Shown here piece after piece: positions 38,719-49,176 of a stretch of 54,967 nt of DNA. This DNA comes from a virus (Duplodnaviria > Caudoviricetes). The stretch lies in the IMG/VR virus record IMGVR_UViG_3300033146_003625, positions 1-54,967 of that record; one strand, written 5' to 3'. The notes beneath the pieces are model-generated. The model was not told where the DNA came from. It searched no databases and saw only the letters and a list, made by a program, of their open reading frames with translations. Made by a program: the position numbers and the translations under genes. The number at the start of each line of letters is the position of its first letter. Within the stretch, counting starts at the first letter, position 1.

Positions 38719-38978
38719 ACTATATTCAACCTCGATATTAATAAATTTGTTAAACGTGTAAAACCACTAGTAGATGTGATGAATTTAAGTTTATTTGTAT
38801 CATTAGCATATTTACCAAGTTCATACTTACTAAATCTCTTTATCAAAGCAACTTTCATTTCATCTTCTGAAACGTTAGCATCTACAACAACACCATAAAA
38901 TATAATGTTATCGTGCATTTCATCTTCTGAAACGTTAGCATCTACAACAACACCATAAAATATAATGTTATCGTGCAT
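38715..38978 (-). CDS. Hypothetical protein with exact N-terminal duplication
   Basis: MHDNIIFYGVVVDANVSEDE x2. Confidence 0.55.
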   Translation of the reverse strand: MHDNIIFYGVVVDANVSEDEMHDNIIFYGVVVDANVSEDEMKVALIKRFSKYELGKYANDTNKLKFITSTSGFTRLTNLLISRLNIV

Positions 38979-38983
38979 TTCAT
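38856..38983. repeat. Perfect 60-bp tandem duplication bounded by catttcat
   Basis: catttcat at 38856, 38916 and 38976. Confidence 0.95.
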
Positions 38984-38987
38984 ATTA

Positions 38988-39209
38988 TTACTTTTTCCCA
39001 AATGCAGATAATATAAACATACGCATCATTATTCGCTCATGCTTGGTTAAATCTTTTACAATAATTTTAATATCACCATTAATAAATGCTTGTATATAGT
39101 GATTAACTTTATCCGTAGTAATTCCGTTATATACAACCCATTTACCACTGTCACGATATACCTTTTTAAATCCTATGGGTGTAGTACTATCATTTATATA
39201 TCCAAACAT
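38988..39209 (-). CDS. Hypothetical protein
   Basis: AAGATAA 4 nt upstream. Confidence 0.65.
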   Translation of the reverse strand: MFGYINDSTTPIGFKKVYRDSGKWVVYNGITTDKVNHYIQAFINGDIKIIVKDLTKHERIMMRMFILSAFGKK

Positions 39210-39218
39210 ATAGTTATC

Positions 39219-40304
39219 TTATAATAAAGATAATTTTTCTTCTATATTCTCAGTATAGTTTATTCTCAATAAAGGAATGTTATTCTCTTCACAGAATTTA
39301 TTCTTGAGAGCATCTCTCCTCTTAATTTTATCAAACTCTTCTCCACCACCCCAACAATTCTTAGGAATAAAATGTTGTTCACCATCATACTCAATAGCAA
39401 GATTGAGAGAAGGGATGTAGAAGTCAAACGGGAGAGGGTTTTTATCTCGACATTTAGTCCATCTTTTCTGCCTCTTAAATTCCACTCCTTTCTCAGTTAG
39501 GAGCCGTGCAACTTCCTTCTCACCACTCGATTCATTACAAGAAGGACAACCACTTCCCATGTTTATATGAATACGAGGTGAGGTCTGAAACTCCCCATGG
39601 TGAGGACAAATAACTGTGGACTTGGTATCTGCATTTATATACTCGAATTTAGAATAATCATATTTATTGCCGTGTTTTTTAATAGCGTTTTTTATTGCAT
39701 CTTCTGTGGTCCAAGGTGTATTTGTTCTAGTCATACATTTAGGACAATTTTTAGGTTTTAAATGATTTAATGGACGTTGCTCAAATACACCATGTTTTGG
39801 GCATATTATTTTAACTTTAGTTTGCGAATTTTTATATTCTACCAATGAATAATCATATTTATCACCATGTACAACTTTAGCTTTTTCTATAAATTTATCT
39901 GTAGTTAAAGACATATTTTTAGCATTTTTTATGGTAGCACATTGTCCACACCCCCTTCCAGATAAGTGCTTTGACGGCGTTTGAGTAAATTCACCGTGGT
40001 CTTTACATATAATGATAAGGCGAGTATCTGCATTTACATAGATAGATTTTGAGTAATCATATCTGTCCCCGTGTATGTTTTTGGCCTTCATAATAAACTT
40101 GTCTATTCCAAATCGTTTCCTGCCTTTCGTACATTCTTTACACCCAGATCCCGTTAAATGGTTATTCGGTCTTTGCATAAACGAACCGTGTTTATCACAT
40201 ATTATTTCTATTAAATTATATGTTCCAATATATATCACTTTAGAATAATTATATTTATCACCATGTTTTAATTTAGCCTTTTGTATAAATTCTTTTGTGT
40301 TCAC
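39219..40304 (-). CDS. Zn-ribbon-repeat homing-type endonuclease (4 repeats)
   Basis: Paralog of 827..1900; LPFDFY..IEYDGEQH. Confidence 0.85.
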   Translation of the reverse strand: MNTKEFIQKAKLKHGDKYNYSKVIYIGTYNLIEIICDKHGSFMQRPNNHLTGSGCKECTKGRKRFGIDKFIMKAKNIHGDRYDYSKSIYVNADTRLIIICKDHGEFTQTPSKHLSGRGCGQCATIKNAKNMSLTTDKFIEKAKVVHGDKYDYSLVEYKNSQTKVKIICPKHGVFEQRPLNHLKPKNCPKCMTRTNTPWTTEDAIKNAIKKHGNKYDYSKFEYINADTKSTVICPHHGEFQTSPRIHINMGSGCPSCNESSGEKEVARLLTEKGVEFKRQKRWTKCRDKNPLPFDFYIPSLNLAIEYDGEQHFIPKNCWGGGEEFDKIKRRDALKNKFCEENNIPLLRINYTENIEEKLSLL

Positions 40305-41170
40305 ATTTCATTTCCATCTAATATAAATTTAAATTTTTTGCCTAAAGTAGCTGCATATTTTATTGCAGCTTTATTTTTAGCTTCTATTTTTCCAGATGCA
40401 AGATTTTCTTTATACCAATGATGAAATCCTTTAATTTCTACTAAATATTGATCCGTCTCAAAATCTATATAATATATATGTTTTTCGCCATTTAATGTAT
40501 AAGGTATGGCAGGTCCATCTTGTATTTTGATGTTAGCCGCTAAACATTTATTTATGTATTCTAGTTCAGGTTTAGTCTGATAATGTAAATTATCATTTAT
40601 TTTTTTTTGTCTATTGGCTCTACCAGATGCAGACATAACTTTATTATGAATTGACAAACATTGATTTGGGTTTTCAACACCATATCGTTTTAAATTAGTT
40701 TGTTTTATTTTATCTTTTACTTCTTTAGATTGGAAAGGATTTTCAACACCATATCGTTTTAAATTAGTTTGTTTTCTCTTTTTTTTCACACTATCAAGTT
40801 TTGATGGGTTATCAACACCATATTTTTCTTGAAATGTTTCTTGAACAGATTTTTTAGATGTGAAATGACATCTATATGAAGCAGATTTTATTTGTTTTTT
40901 TGATGCGCAAGGTCTACATAATTTATTATATCCTTCAGAAAATTTTCTAAATACCAAATCTTTTCCGCATTCGCATTTTGGGATATTTTTTAATTCATAG
41001 ATATAAAGATATAACAATTCTTGATTATTATTTAATTTTAAAGATAATTCATCTATAAGGTTTTCTCTAATATTTTGTAGTAATCCATGCTGAACAGCAG
41101 CAGCATTTAAAATTAAACCTTTTTTACCTATTTTTAATAATTTATTATAAATATAATTTTTTAAATCCAC
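40301..41170 (-). CDS. Homing-type endonuclease with KRYGVENPxQ repeats and a TnsA-like PD-(D/E)xK domain
   Basis: IPY...HIYYIDF..LVEIKG..K..AA. Confidence 0.75.
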   Translation of the reverse strand: MDLKNYIYNKLLKIGKKGLILNAAAVQHGLLQNIRENLIDELSLKLNNNQELLYLYIYELKNIPKCECGKDLVFRKFSEGYNKLCRPCASKKQIKSASYRCHFTSKKSVQETFQEKYGVDNPSKLDSVKKKRKQTNLKRYGVENPFQSKEVKDKIKQTNLKRYGVENPNQCLSIHNKVMSASGRANRQKKINDNLHYQTKPELEYINKCLAANIKIQDGPAIPYTLNGEKHIYYIDFETDQYLVEIKGFHHWYKENLASGKIEAKNKAAIKYAATLGKKFKFILDGNEM

Positions 41171-41192
41171 ATATTTAAATATGCTTTTATAT

Positions 41193-41219
41193 AAAAAAAG
41201 AGCCCTTAAGGGCTCTTTT
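41193..41219 (-). terminator. Intrinsic terminator after the tail tube gene
   Basis: aaagagcccttaagggctcttt with U-tract. Confidence 0.88.
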
Positions 41220-41244
41220 AAATGAAAATTTCATTGATACAAGC

Positions 41245-41790
41245 TTATTGTGGGATACCCCCCTGACCTGAATCAGCTTGAAGGACTGCATAGTCAAATC
41301 TTAAAGTCATTTCAACTTGAAGAGCTTCTGTTCCCTCATAAGACAAATCCTGCCAATTAATATTCTCAGGGAAGGAACCGAAAAGGTCCCAAATTTCAAT
41401 AATCTTACCATCAGGTCCAAGCATAACAAGAGTAGCATTTGTTTTATAAACAATTGCATAACCTTGACCACCTGTTAACGGATTATAAATTGCTGTAAAC
41501 CAATGATAAAGAATCTGCGAAGCAGAATTTGTACCTTTATCGTAATCGTAGAATAGACAAGAAATTGCCTCCCAGGATGGTTTTGAAGCAAAGTAAAATT
41601 TTTCATTTAATCTGTGCATCTCAATAGGTTCTAATGAAACAGAAGGTCTTGATGCTGATAAAATATCAATAGCAAGAGATTCAGTAGCATTGTTTCCTTT
41701 ATTAGGAACACGGTCAAATTTTAATATCCATCTATTTTTTCTTTTAGGTTCTCTAAAACTGTGCTCAGCAGAGCTTAGTACGATAGCCAT
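41245..41790 (-). CDS. Tail tube protein (T4 gp19-like)
   Basis: EPKRKNRW, ASRPS, YK...L.MLGPDG..IE.W.L.G.FP, L.YE, LRFDYA; start at MAIVL after GGAGG. Confidence 0.88.
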   Translation of the reverse strand: MAIVLSSAEHSFREPKRKNRWILKFDRVPNKGNNATESLAIDILSASRPSVSLEPIEMHRLNEKFYFASKPSWEAISCLFYDYDKGTNSASQILYHWFTAIYNPLTGGQGYAIVYKTNATLVMLGPDGKIIEIWDLFGSFPENINWQDLSYEGTEALQVEMTLRFDYAVLQADSGQGGIPQ

Positions 41791-41971
41791 GTTTATTACC
41801 TCCAACATATAGTAGAGTTTCAATCACTCTATTTTATCTTCATGCTTTCCTTGTAAAAAGCATAAAAATTTAATCTATTTTATTTTCTTTAATTATCTTT
41901 TGTTTTAAATCGTTTTATTGCAATTTTTATCTAAGATATAAGCATAATTATAATCTTTAGGGGGTAAAAAT

Positions 41972-42493
41972 ATGTGGTATACAATATCATTAATTCTCAT
42001 ATTAACTGCGGGCAAGGATTTACTCTTCCTTGCTAAGATTGATGCTTTTAGTAGAAGTAATAAACTTTATTTAACAGCAGTTAATTTCGTTGAAGCTTCA
42101 TACGCTATAATAGCTATTAAAGTTGTATTAGACTTAATGACTGGACAACCTTTATATGCTCTTGTATTCGGAGCAGGAAGCGTTATAGGCGGTCTTATAT
42201 CGTCTGTTATTAAAGGGAAACTAGATAAAAGACTAGAAGGACAAAAGAAGTTTTATGCTCGTATAGCTCTAGACGATGATATAGATAGATCTGAACTCGT
42301 AAAAACATTAGCAGCAAGAGGATATGAATTCACTCTCGATACTAAGGAATATATAACGGGGAAAACTAGAACTGTTTTACAGGGGTCATTAGAGAATAGA
42401 AAAAGAATGCTAGAATTAAGAGAAGTATTACGCGGTAGAAAGAATAAACATGTAGTAATTCTAAGGGCAGAAGATGTATATCTTCTAAGATAA
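41972..42493 (+). CDS. DUF2179/DUF5698-like membrane protein
   Basis: 3 TM segments with FVEA..AIIAI..V..YALVFGAG and a C-terminal soluble domain. Confidence 0.6.
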   Translation: MWYTISLILILTAGKDLLFLAKIDAFSRSNKLYLTAVNFVEASYAIIAIKVVLDLMTGQPLYALVFGAGSVIGGLISSVIKGKLDKRLEGQKKFYARIALDDDIDRSELVKTLAARGYEFTLDTKEYITGKTRTVLQGSLENRKRMLELREVLRGRKNKHVVILRAEDVYLLR

Positions 42494-42521
42494 AAAAGGG
42501 AACGGTTAAGTTCTTTTTTTT
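42492..42521 (+). terminator. Probable intrinsic terminator
   Basis: aaaaaagggaac-ggttaa-gttctttttttt (with G-U pairs). Confidence 0.6.
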
Positions 42522-42620
42522 AATAAGGCTTATTAATATAAAATTTTGTACATATAGCTTTATGACATTTTTACACTAATGTCACAAATATAAAGCATAT
42601 TTTAACATAAGGAGAATTTA

Positions 42621-43502
42621 ATGAAACTCATAACAATACTACTCTTATTCTTATCTATTTTTATATTCGCAGATGAGTCTATAATTATGGATTTTAGTAA
42701 TCTTAATGCAGATACTGAAGGCGAGAACACAGCAACACTTTTCAACTACGCACCGTATCTTCCTGAAGGATATACAGGTGATAATAATATATCTTTAGCT
42801 ATTGAGAATTGGGTTGTCTTATTAAATCCTTCTTCACAAACTGTAGAGAACGAGAAACTATCATATACTAAGGAAGCACCGTCTAAAGTGTCAGGTAATG
42901 TCCTAGGTATAAGAATACACTTTCCCATAACACCTAGCAATGCATATGCTGACATACTTCCACCATTTGAAATACCTGTGTTCAATGAACAGGGTTTAGA
43001 CTTTACACAACAGTTAGGTATAGTCAAAAATGTAGGTGAATTAAAAACGGTTAAGGTTAAAGTATATGGTAAAAATTTTCCTCATACTCTTTATTCTATG
43101 TTTGAAGACCAGAAAGGTGAGTTAATATCTATCCCTATGGGTTCGTTGCAATTTCTTGGTTGGAAGGAATTGGTATGGGAGAATGCATCTTATATTGATA
43201 AGGTTGAGAACAGAAAATTAGTAGCTTTGCCAGAATACCCACGTGGCTCTAAGTTCTTAAAATTTATAGGTTTCAGAATATTTAGACATAATTTTGATCC
43301 AGGTGGTGATGTAATATTTTATGCTAAAGATGTTACTATAACATATGATAAAGCAGAATTAGATTCTGAACCAGACTTTAACGATGAGGAGATTTGGGGT
43401 ATTATAGAAGAAAGAGAATTGCAGCACAACAAAGATGAAATGGAGAAAATTGCAACGCTTATGTATTTAAGACAGCAAGAAGAATTGAAGATGACTGATT
43501 AG
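42621..43502 (+). CDS. flaA: Spirochete flagellar filament outer-layer (sheath) protein FlaA
   Basis: Signal peptide plus ADES..DF..LNAD, W.V.LN.S, VLG.R..FP, G.VKNVG.LK, YG.N.PH.L, MG.L.F..WKEL.W.N..YI, KDV...YDKA, D.E.WGI; collinear with Treponema FlaA as I recall it. Confidence 0.92.
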   Translation: MKLITILLLFLSIFIFADESIIMDFSNLNADTEGENTATLFNYAPYLPEGYTGDNNISLAIENWVVLLNPSSQTVENEKLSYTKEAPSKVSGNVLGIRIHFPITPSNAYADILPPFEIPVFNEQGLDFTQQLGIVKNVGELKTVKVKVYGKNFPHTLYSMFEDQKGELISIPMGSLQFLGWKELVWENASYIDKVENRKLVALPEYPRGSKFLKFIGFRIFRHNFDPGGDVIFYAKDVTITYDKAELDSEPDFNDEEIWGIIEERELQHNKDEMEKIATLMYLRQQEELKMTD

Positions 43503-43804
43503 AATTTATATTTATACTCTACGTCATTTATCGACGTGATCATAGCATGATTTAATATACCACTATTATCTATATTTAGTTCGACATCATAATACTCATT
43601 TTCTTGATCTTCTATTTCAAGCATTATTTCTATTTTATTGTTAAATTCGATAAATACAGAATCTGTAAAATCACAATTGAAATCCATATCATCGATAATT
43701 TCGTCAATAGAGTCAAAAAAAACAATACCATTGTAATGAAAACCATCTCCTTTCATTTCAAGATTAAAAACAAAATCTACTAGTTCTTTAGTTATGTTTT
43801 TCAT
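43499..43804 (-). CDS. Hypothetical acidic protein
   Basis: Coupled ORF. Confidence 0.6.
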   Translation of the reverse strand: MKNITKELVDFVFNLEMKGDGFHYNGIVFFDSIDEIIDDMDFNCDFTDSVFIEFNNKIEIMLEIEDQENEYYDVELNIDNSGILNHAMITSINDVEYKYKF

Positions 43805-44427
43805 ATGTCTTTATACCTTATTCCCAGTTCATTCATAAGACCAATAACTTTGTTATAATACTTCCTATTGATATAAAATATTTTTATGTTTGAGGAATTT
43901 TTATTTATTCTAAAAAACTTTAAATTTTTCATATCCACATGTTCCTTCATCCAGCCTATTGTTTTAAACCATTCAATTTTCTCTGGAATATCTTTAACCC
44001 TAGACACAGAACCAACTTCACCACAATTTATTGCTTGCGGTATTGCCTCCCTTTTTGGAATGGGTGTAATATATATAAAATCAATTATATTTAAAGCTTT
44101 CAGAAAAGTAAAAAATGCACTAGTTTTAGATTCCATTTTATTTCTTTTTATTTCTCTAGTATGATAATCATCACCTCTATCGCCATCAGCCCATAGGTAG
44201 TTTAAATCATATTTATTTCCCTTCTTTTGTATAGCATATCCTTTATCAACAAAAGGAGAGAGAAATTTATCTATTAAGTCTGCACCAGTTAAATCACGAA
44301 AAGTATGTCCTTCAATACCGTAATTTGACATATTCATAAGGAGAGTCGATATATTTTTAAAATTACCAATCCTTTCTAATATATTACTATCAAATATATA
44401 GTTAAATAATTCGTATTTATATTCCAT
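43801..44427 (-). CDS. Hypothetical protein
   Basis: AAGATAA 4 nt upstream. Confidence 0.65.
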   Translation of the reverse strand: MEYKYELFNYIFDSNILERIGNFKNISTLLMNMSNYGIEGHTFRDLTGADLIDKFLSPFVDKGYAIQKKGNKYDLNYLWADGDRGDDYHTREIKRNKMESKTSAFFTFLKALNIIDFIYITPIPKREAIPQAINCGEVGSVSRVKDIPEKIEWFKTIGWMKEHVDMKNLKFFRINKNSSNIKIFYINRKYYNKVIGLMNELGIRYKDI

Positions 44428-44502
44428 ACTATTATCTTATAAGGGAATAAAAAAAAGCATAGTTTTATACAAGATATATTTATGTAACCAGTAAAGGATA
44501 AG

Positions 44503-46107
44503 ATGGAATTAATAAAAATTATAACAAAAGAAAACGAATATATTTTCGGTAAAGACGATATTAAACTAAAAAGTGGATTAAAAACGAAAACTCACACAAA
44601 TGTTACATCGTATTTAATCAATAATAATTATGTAGTAATATCGTCTGATAAAATAGTATTTGAATGTGATATTTGTAAAAAAGAAGTAATTAAAACATAT
44701 TCAAATTTTAAAAATAGAAAACATGATTTATGTATTTCATGCACAAGAAAAAAAACAGTTACAGAAGTTCATAAAAATATGAATAAAGAAGATAGAAAAG
44801 AATTGAATGATAAAATATCTAAAACTACTAAAATAGCAATGAATAATATAACGCCAGAAAAAAGATTACAAATGACAGAAAAAATGTTAAAGTCTATGAA
44901 TTGGGATATAAGAAATAAACATTGGTTGGAAACAATGTCTAATAAAAGTAATGAAGAAAAAAAAGAAATAGGTAATAAAATATCTCAATCGTTAAAAAAA
45001 CGTTATAAAGAACAAGGTCCATGGAATTTAAGTAAAAAATATTCAGGAAGCCGATATTCAGCAATAGATTGCAAGTATTATACGAGGGGATTACATTCAT
45101 CAAATGAAGTAATAGAAGTTAAATGTGATTCTTGCAAAAATATATTTAAAACAATAAGAATGGCGGCAGCAAGGCAAGAACGTGAACATCCTGGATTTAT
45201 TCAATGTAATAATTGTGTCCGCTCAGCTAAATCAATAAAAGAAAAAGAAATAGTTAATTGGTTAATAGATATAGGTATAAAAAATATTAATGAAAATACA
45301 AGAAAAATAATTAATCCGTTAGAATTAGATATTTTTCTTCCAGATTATAATTTAGCTATTGAATTTAATGGTCTTTATTGGCATTCTGATTTACAAAGAA
45401 AAGACAAAAACTATCATCTTAATAAAACAATAAAATGTGAGGAACAAGGTATACAACTAATACATATATTTCAAGATATTTGGGAATATAAAAATGATAT
45501 AGTTAAGGCTAGACTTAAAAATATTCTAAATTTAAATTCTAAAAGAATAGGAGCACGTAAAACTGTTGTAAAAAAAATCAGTGCAAAAACTAAAAATATT
45601 TTTTTAGAAACTTATCATATTCAAGGTAAAGATGCTGCTAGTGTTAAATTGGGAGCTTATTACGGAAAAGAATTAATAGGTGTTATGACTTTTGCACAAA
45701 ACAGAATATTTTCGGGTAAGAAAAAAGATGATTCGTGGGAATTATCTAGATTTGCCACTATTAGTAATACATATACTCCGGGGCTAGCTTCTAAAATGTT
45801 AAAACATTTTGAAAAAAATTATGAATGGAATACTATATATTCCTTTGCAGATAGATGTTGGAGCCAAGGTAATTTATATTATAAATTAAATTTTGAATTT
45901 GATAAACAAACAGCGCCATCATATTGGTATGCATATAACGGTCAATCACTTAGAGAACATAGATATAATTATAGAAAACAAAATTTAACAAAATTTAATA
46001 ATTTTTCTTTAGATAAAACTGAAAAACAAATTATGAATGAAGCTGGCTACTTAAGAATATATGATTGTGGAACATATAAATTTATTAAAATAAAAAAGGG
46101 AGTCTAA
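44503..46107 (+). CDS. Hef-like homing-type endonuclease
   Basis: C-terminal half paralogous to 32005..33558 (ELDIFLP..IEFNGLYWH..RIYDCG). Confidence 0.8.
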   Translation: MELIKIITKENEYIFGKDDIKLKSGLKTKTHTNVTSYLINNNYVVISSDKIVFECDICKKEVIKTYSNFKNRKHDLCISCTRKKTVTEVHKNMNKEDRKELNDKISKTTKIAMNNITPEKRLQMTEKMLKSMNWDIRNKHWLETMSNKSNEEKKEIGNKISQSLKKRYKEQGPWNLSKKYSGSRYSAIDCKYYTRGLHSSNEVIEVKCDSCKNIFKTIRMAAARQEREHPGFIQCNNCVRSAKSIKEKEIVNWLIDIGIKNINENTRKIINPLELDIFLPDYNLAIEFNGLYWHSDLQRKDKNYHLNKTIKCEEQGIQLIHIFQDIWEYKNDIVKARLKNILNLNSKRIGARKTVVKKISAKTKNIFLETYHIQGKDAASVKLGAYYGKELIGVMTFAQNRIFSGKKKDDSWELSRFATISNTYTPGLASKMLKHFEKNYEWNTIYSFADRCWSQGNLYYKLNFEFDKQTAPSYWYAYNGQSLREHRYNYRKQNLTKFNNFSLDKTEKQIMNEAGYLRIYDCGTYKFIKIKKGV

Positions 46108-46119
46108 ATAGACTCCCCC
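46092..46119 (-). terminator. Intrinsic terminator after the sheath gene
   Basis: gggagtcta-aa-tagactccc with U-tract on the minus strand. Confidence 0.8.
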
Positions 46120-46139
46120 AATAAATTAAATAATTTTAT

Positions 46140-48974
46140 TTATTCACTAAATTCTACATCACCAGCAGCATTAATTGTAAATTCTACTTCAATAAATTCT
46201 ATAACTTTCGTAGGCTGAACAAAAATTTTCCCAGCCATTATATTCTGATTTATTAAATCAGAAGTATTAGTAGTAGCATCACAAATTACTTGATACTGAT
46301 AGAGACCACGTCTTTGTCTAATAGGTTCAAGAATAGCATTAGCCTGTCGTGCAAAAGCAGCCCAATTTGATGCATCATTCTGTTCGAATAAAAATCCACG
46401 AGCCATTCGTGCAATAAGCTTTTCACTATAAATCATAAGTCGTCTTACGTTAATTCTATCAAGAGCTGATTTAGTTCTTTGAGCAGTTTTCTGACCCCAA
46501 ATTACAATACCTTCTCCAACAAGTTTAACAATAGGATTGATTACATTTGTGTCTCCGTAAAGGATATCTCTTTCAGCACGTGTTGGAGAATACTCAACAT
46601 CAAGTGCAGTAACTTTACCACGTCTAAGACCAGCAGCAGCATACCAAGGATCAGCTACATTATCAGTATAAACCATTTGAGTCATAGCATAAATGGATGG
46701 TGGTAACCAAACATACTGTTTATTATCTGCATCGTAATCCTGGAGCCATGGCCAATAAGTACCAACATATGAAGAATTTAAGTTTTCATTCATTGAATTA
46801 ATTTCAGATACATGATTTAATTTCTCTTTAACACCAAGACCCATTCCAAAAGGAGCAGCGTCAATAATACCAAAACAATCATGTCTTGATTCACAAAGAG
46901 TTTGTATTTCATTTTGCACGGCAGATGCAGCAGCACCTGGAGCAGCAACCATATTGAAATCGTAAACTTCAGGGTTGTAAATTTTCTTAAGAGCATTAAT
47001 AAGATCAGTGTCCATAGAAGTAATAACACCGTCACTATCTTCTGTCCAACCGTTAGAACCAACTGAAAAGTCAACAATAGTTGCAACAGATTCAAAAACA
47101 TTCTCTGGTAATTCATCATCACCAAGTGTCCAATCTCCATTTGGAAATGGATCAGTAGAAGCAAATGTAACAAAATCTCCATCTTCATCTTCAGCTTCCA
47201 TATGAAGATATCGATCATTTTCTAACACTTTAGGTAAATATTTATCACTTGTTGGGTCATCCCAATTAATTCTTTGATAAATTGAAACTTCTTTACCATC
47301 AAGAAGAACAAAAGCATTATAGTAAAATTCAACTTCTGTGGCACTTACTTGAACTTGTTTTGTTTCAGTTCTTAATACTAGTTTATTGCCATAGACGCCT
47401 TTTTCAGCGGCTATTAAATTAACTAAAGCTGTACCGATAGGTGATGCTTGGATACCATCAACAGGTTGATCAACGTTGGTAAGAAGATCAATTAAAGAAT
47501 TAGCACCAGAATTTTGAATTCTTACTATTGATTTAAAACCGTCAGCTGCAACTGAATCAGTTGTAATTCTAATTTTATTATCAACGATGGATACATTAGC
47601 TCTAGCTCTATCATGAGTATAATCTGTATAACCAGCTTCTAATTGAGTTTGAATATCAACTATCATATCATTGTAAGTCCAATCGCTAGATGCTGGTGAT
47701 GTTATTACAATATCCAGAGGCTCAACAAATGTTTCAACATTATTTTCTGCAATACCTTTTTTCTGAAGTAATAAATTACCAGAAAAAGTTCCCACATTAT
47801 TTTCAGCATTCCAAGTACCGTAAATATATTCGTTATCATTATAAGTTTTTAAAGAAAAACCTAATCTTACAGCTAGTTCACTATTAACTATTGTAAAACC
47901 TGTTGAAGCTCCAGAAGCTATAACTGTTGCTTTTCTTCTTAAACCAATACGCGTTCCTGTAACAACTCCACCATACATTAAAAATGCTTCTAAGTCATTA
48001 CTTAAATCAACAATAGTACCGTTGCTATCTTCTGCTGTTATTAACTTAGTATTGATTTGATTCACAATATCTTGTTCATCAGTAGTGGCCATATCTAAAG
48101 TTATAGTATAATTTACATTATCTAATACAAATACTAAATCTTCGGGTGTTGCGTTAAAATCAAACGCTGCTGATATAGTATTACTACTAAGAGCTACTGC
48201 ACCATATGTACCGTTAACCATAACATAACTGTTATTCCCGGATGAAGGAGCTGCACCATTCATTCTGTATCTATATACTGTACTTGTTACTGTAGAACCA
48301 ATAGTTCCATCACCAACTCTTACGCCAGTACCGTAATCTTCGCTAGTTGTGTCTGTAGTTAAACTTTTATATTTATAATTTATTTTAAAATTATTATCAG
48401 ATAAATTGTTATAAGCAATTTTTATAACTTGATTAACTACTTCACTTGCTGGATGTGGAGCAGATACGCTGTTTGTTGTTTCATGAGTATATGCTTCCCA
48501 CGTTTCTACTATTTGTGGTTCTAAAAATGCTCTGTGGTCTGCGATAACTTTAAAACCAAAATCAGTTTCTGTTGCAAAAGTTCCTGCAGGAACAATATTA
48601 TTGTTAGCTGTAAACGCTTGATATGCTGCAGAAGCCGCCAAGTCTGTTTCACCTAATCTAATTTTTTTTGAAGCATATTGTGCTGCTTGTGGATAAAGTT
48701 CAGGGTCTCTATTATCACCTGCTCTAGTTACAAGGAGTGATTGTCCTTGTGCAAAATATTTATAAGCTGCTTGTGCGAGATATGGTGCATCTGCTAATGT
48801 TTTACCATATACTTGTACAAAGTCTTCGACACCACTAACTATATAGGGTTCGAATGGTCCTTTTTCTGCATAACCCACAAGAGCTGCTACATTACCTGCT
48901 GGCTGTGTAGATGTATACTGTGAGTTATCAACTTCTCTAGTTAATACTCCAGGACTTAAAAGAAATCTGGCCAT
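46140..48974 (-). CDS. Contractile tail sheath protein (T4 gp18-like) with a large insertion
   Basis: LSPGVLTREVD, GYAEKGP, YWPW, PW.A.AG..RG, IWGQKT, RINVRRL, FEQND, EFI. Confidence 0.93.
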   Translation of the reverse strand: MARFLLSPGVLTREVDNSQYTSTQPAGNVAALVGYAEKGPFEPYIVSGVEDFVQVYGKTLADAPYLAQAAYKYFAQGQSLLVTRAGDNRDPELYPQAAQYASKKIRLGETDLAASAAYQAFTANNNIVPAGTFATETDFGFKVIADHRAFLEPQIVETWEAYTHETTNSVSAPHPASEVVNQVIKIAYNNLSDNNFKINYKYKSLTTDTTSEDYGTGVRVGDGTIGSTVTSTVYRYRMNGAAPSSGNNSYVMVNGTYGAVALSSNTISAAFDFNATPEDLVFVLDNVNYTITLDMATTDEQDIVNQINTKLITAEDSNGTIVDLSNDLEAFLMYGGVVTGTRIGLRRKATVIASGASTGFTIVNSELAVRLGFSLKTYNDNEYIYGTWNAENNVGTFSGNLLLQKKGIAENNVETFVEPLDIVITSPASSDWTYNDMIVDIQTQLEAGYTDYTHDRARANVSIVDNKIRITTDSVAADGFKSIVRIQNSGANSLIDLLTNVDQPVDGIQASPIGTALVNLIAAEKGVYGNKLVLRTETKQVQVSATEVEFYYNAFVLLDGKEVSIYQRINWDDPTSDKYLPKVLENDRYLHMEAEDEDGDFVTFASTDPFPNGDWTLGDDELPENVFESVATIVDFSVGSNGWTEDSDGVITSMDTDLINALKKIYNPEVYDFNMVAAPGAAASAVQNEIQTLCESRHDCFGIIDAAPFGMGLGVKEKLNHVSEINSMNENLNSSYVGTYWPWLQDYDADNKQYVWLPPSIYAMTQMVYTDNVADPWYAAAGLRRGKVTALDVEYSPTRAERDILYGDTNVINPIVKLVGEGIVIWGQKTAQRTKSALDRINVRRLMIYSEKLIARMARGFLFEQNDASNWAAFARQANAILEPIRQRRGLYQYQVICDATTNTSDLINQNIMAGKIFVQPTKVIEFIEVEFTINAAGDVEFSE

Positions 48975-49001
48975 GTTAATTTTCCTCCATTAATTTTTAT
49001 A

Positions 49002-49160
49002 TTATTTTTTAATTATTTGAATTAACCCTTTTGATTTCAAAGCTATCATTTGGGGTGTTACGCTATCAACATCCTTAGATTTACGTCCAGGTACTAACAT
49101 TGTTTTACCTTCGATAATAAGACCAATAGGTTGATAAGTCTTGTTTTTGATTTTAACCAT
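49002..49160 (-). CDS. Small protein upstream of the sheath gene (52 aa, not in the ORF track)
   Basis: AAGGAG SD; MVKIKNKTYQPIGLIIEG...KGLIQIIKK. Confidence 0.7.
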   Translation of the reverse strand: MVKIKNKTYQPIGLIIEGKTMLVPGRKSKDVDSVTPQMIALKSKGLIQIIKK

Positions 49161-49176
49161 TTATAAACTCCTTTAT

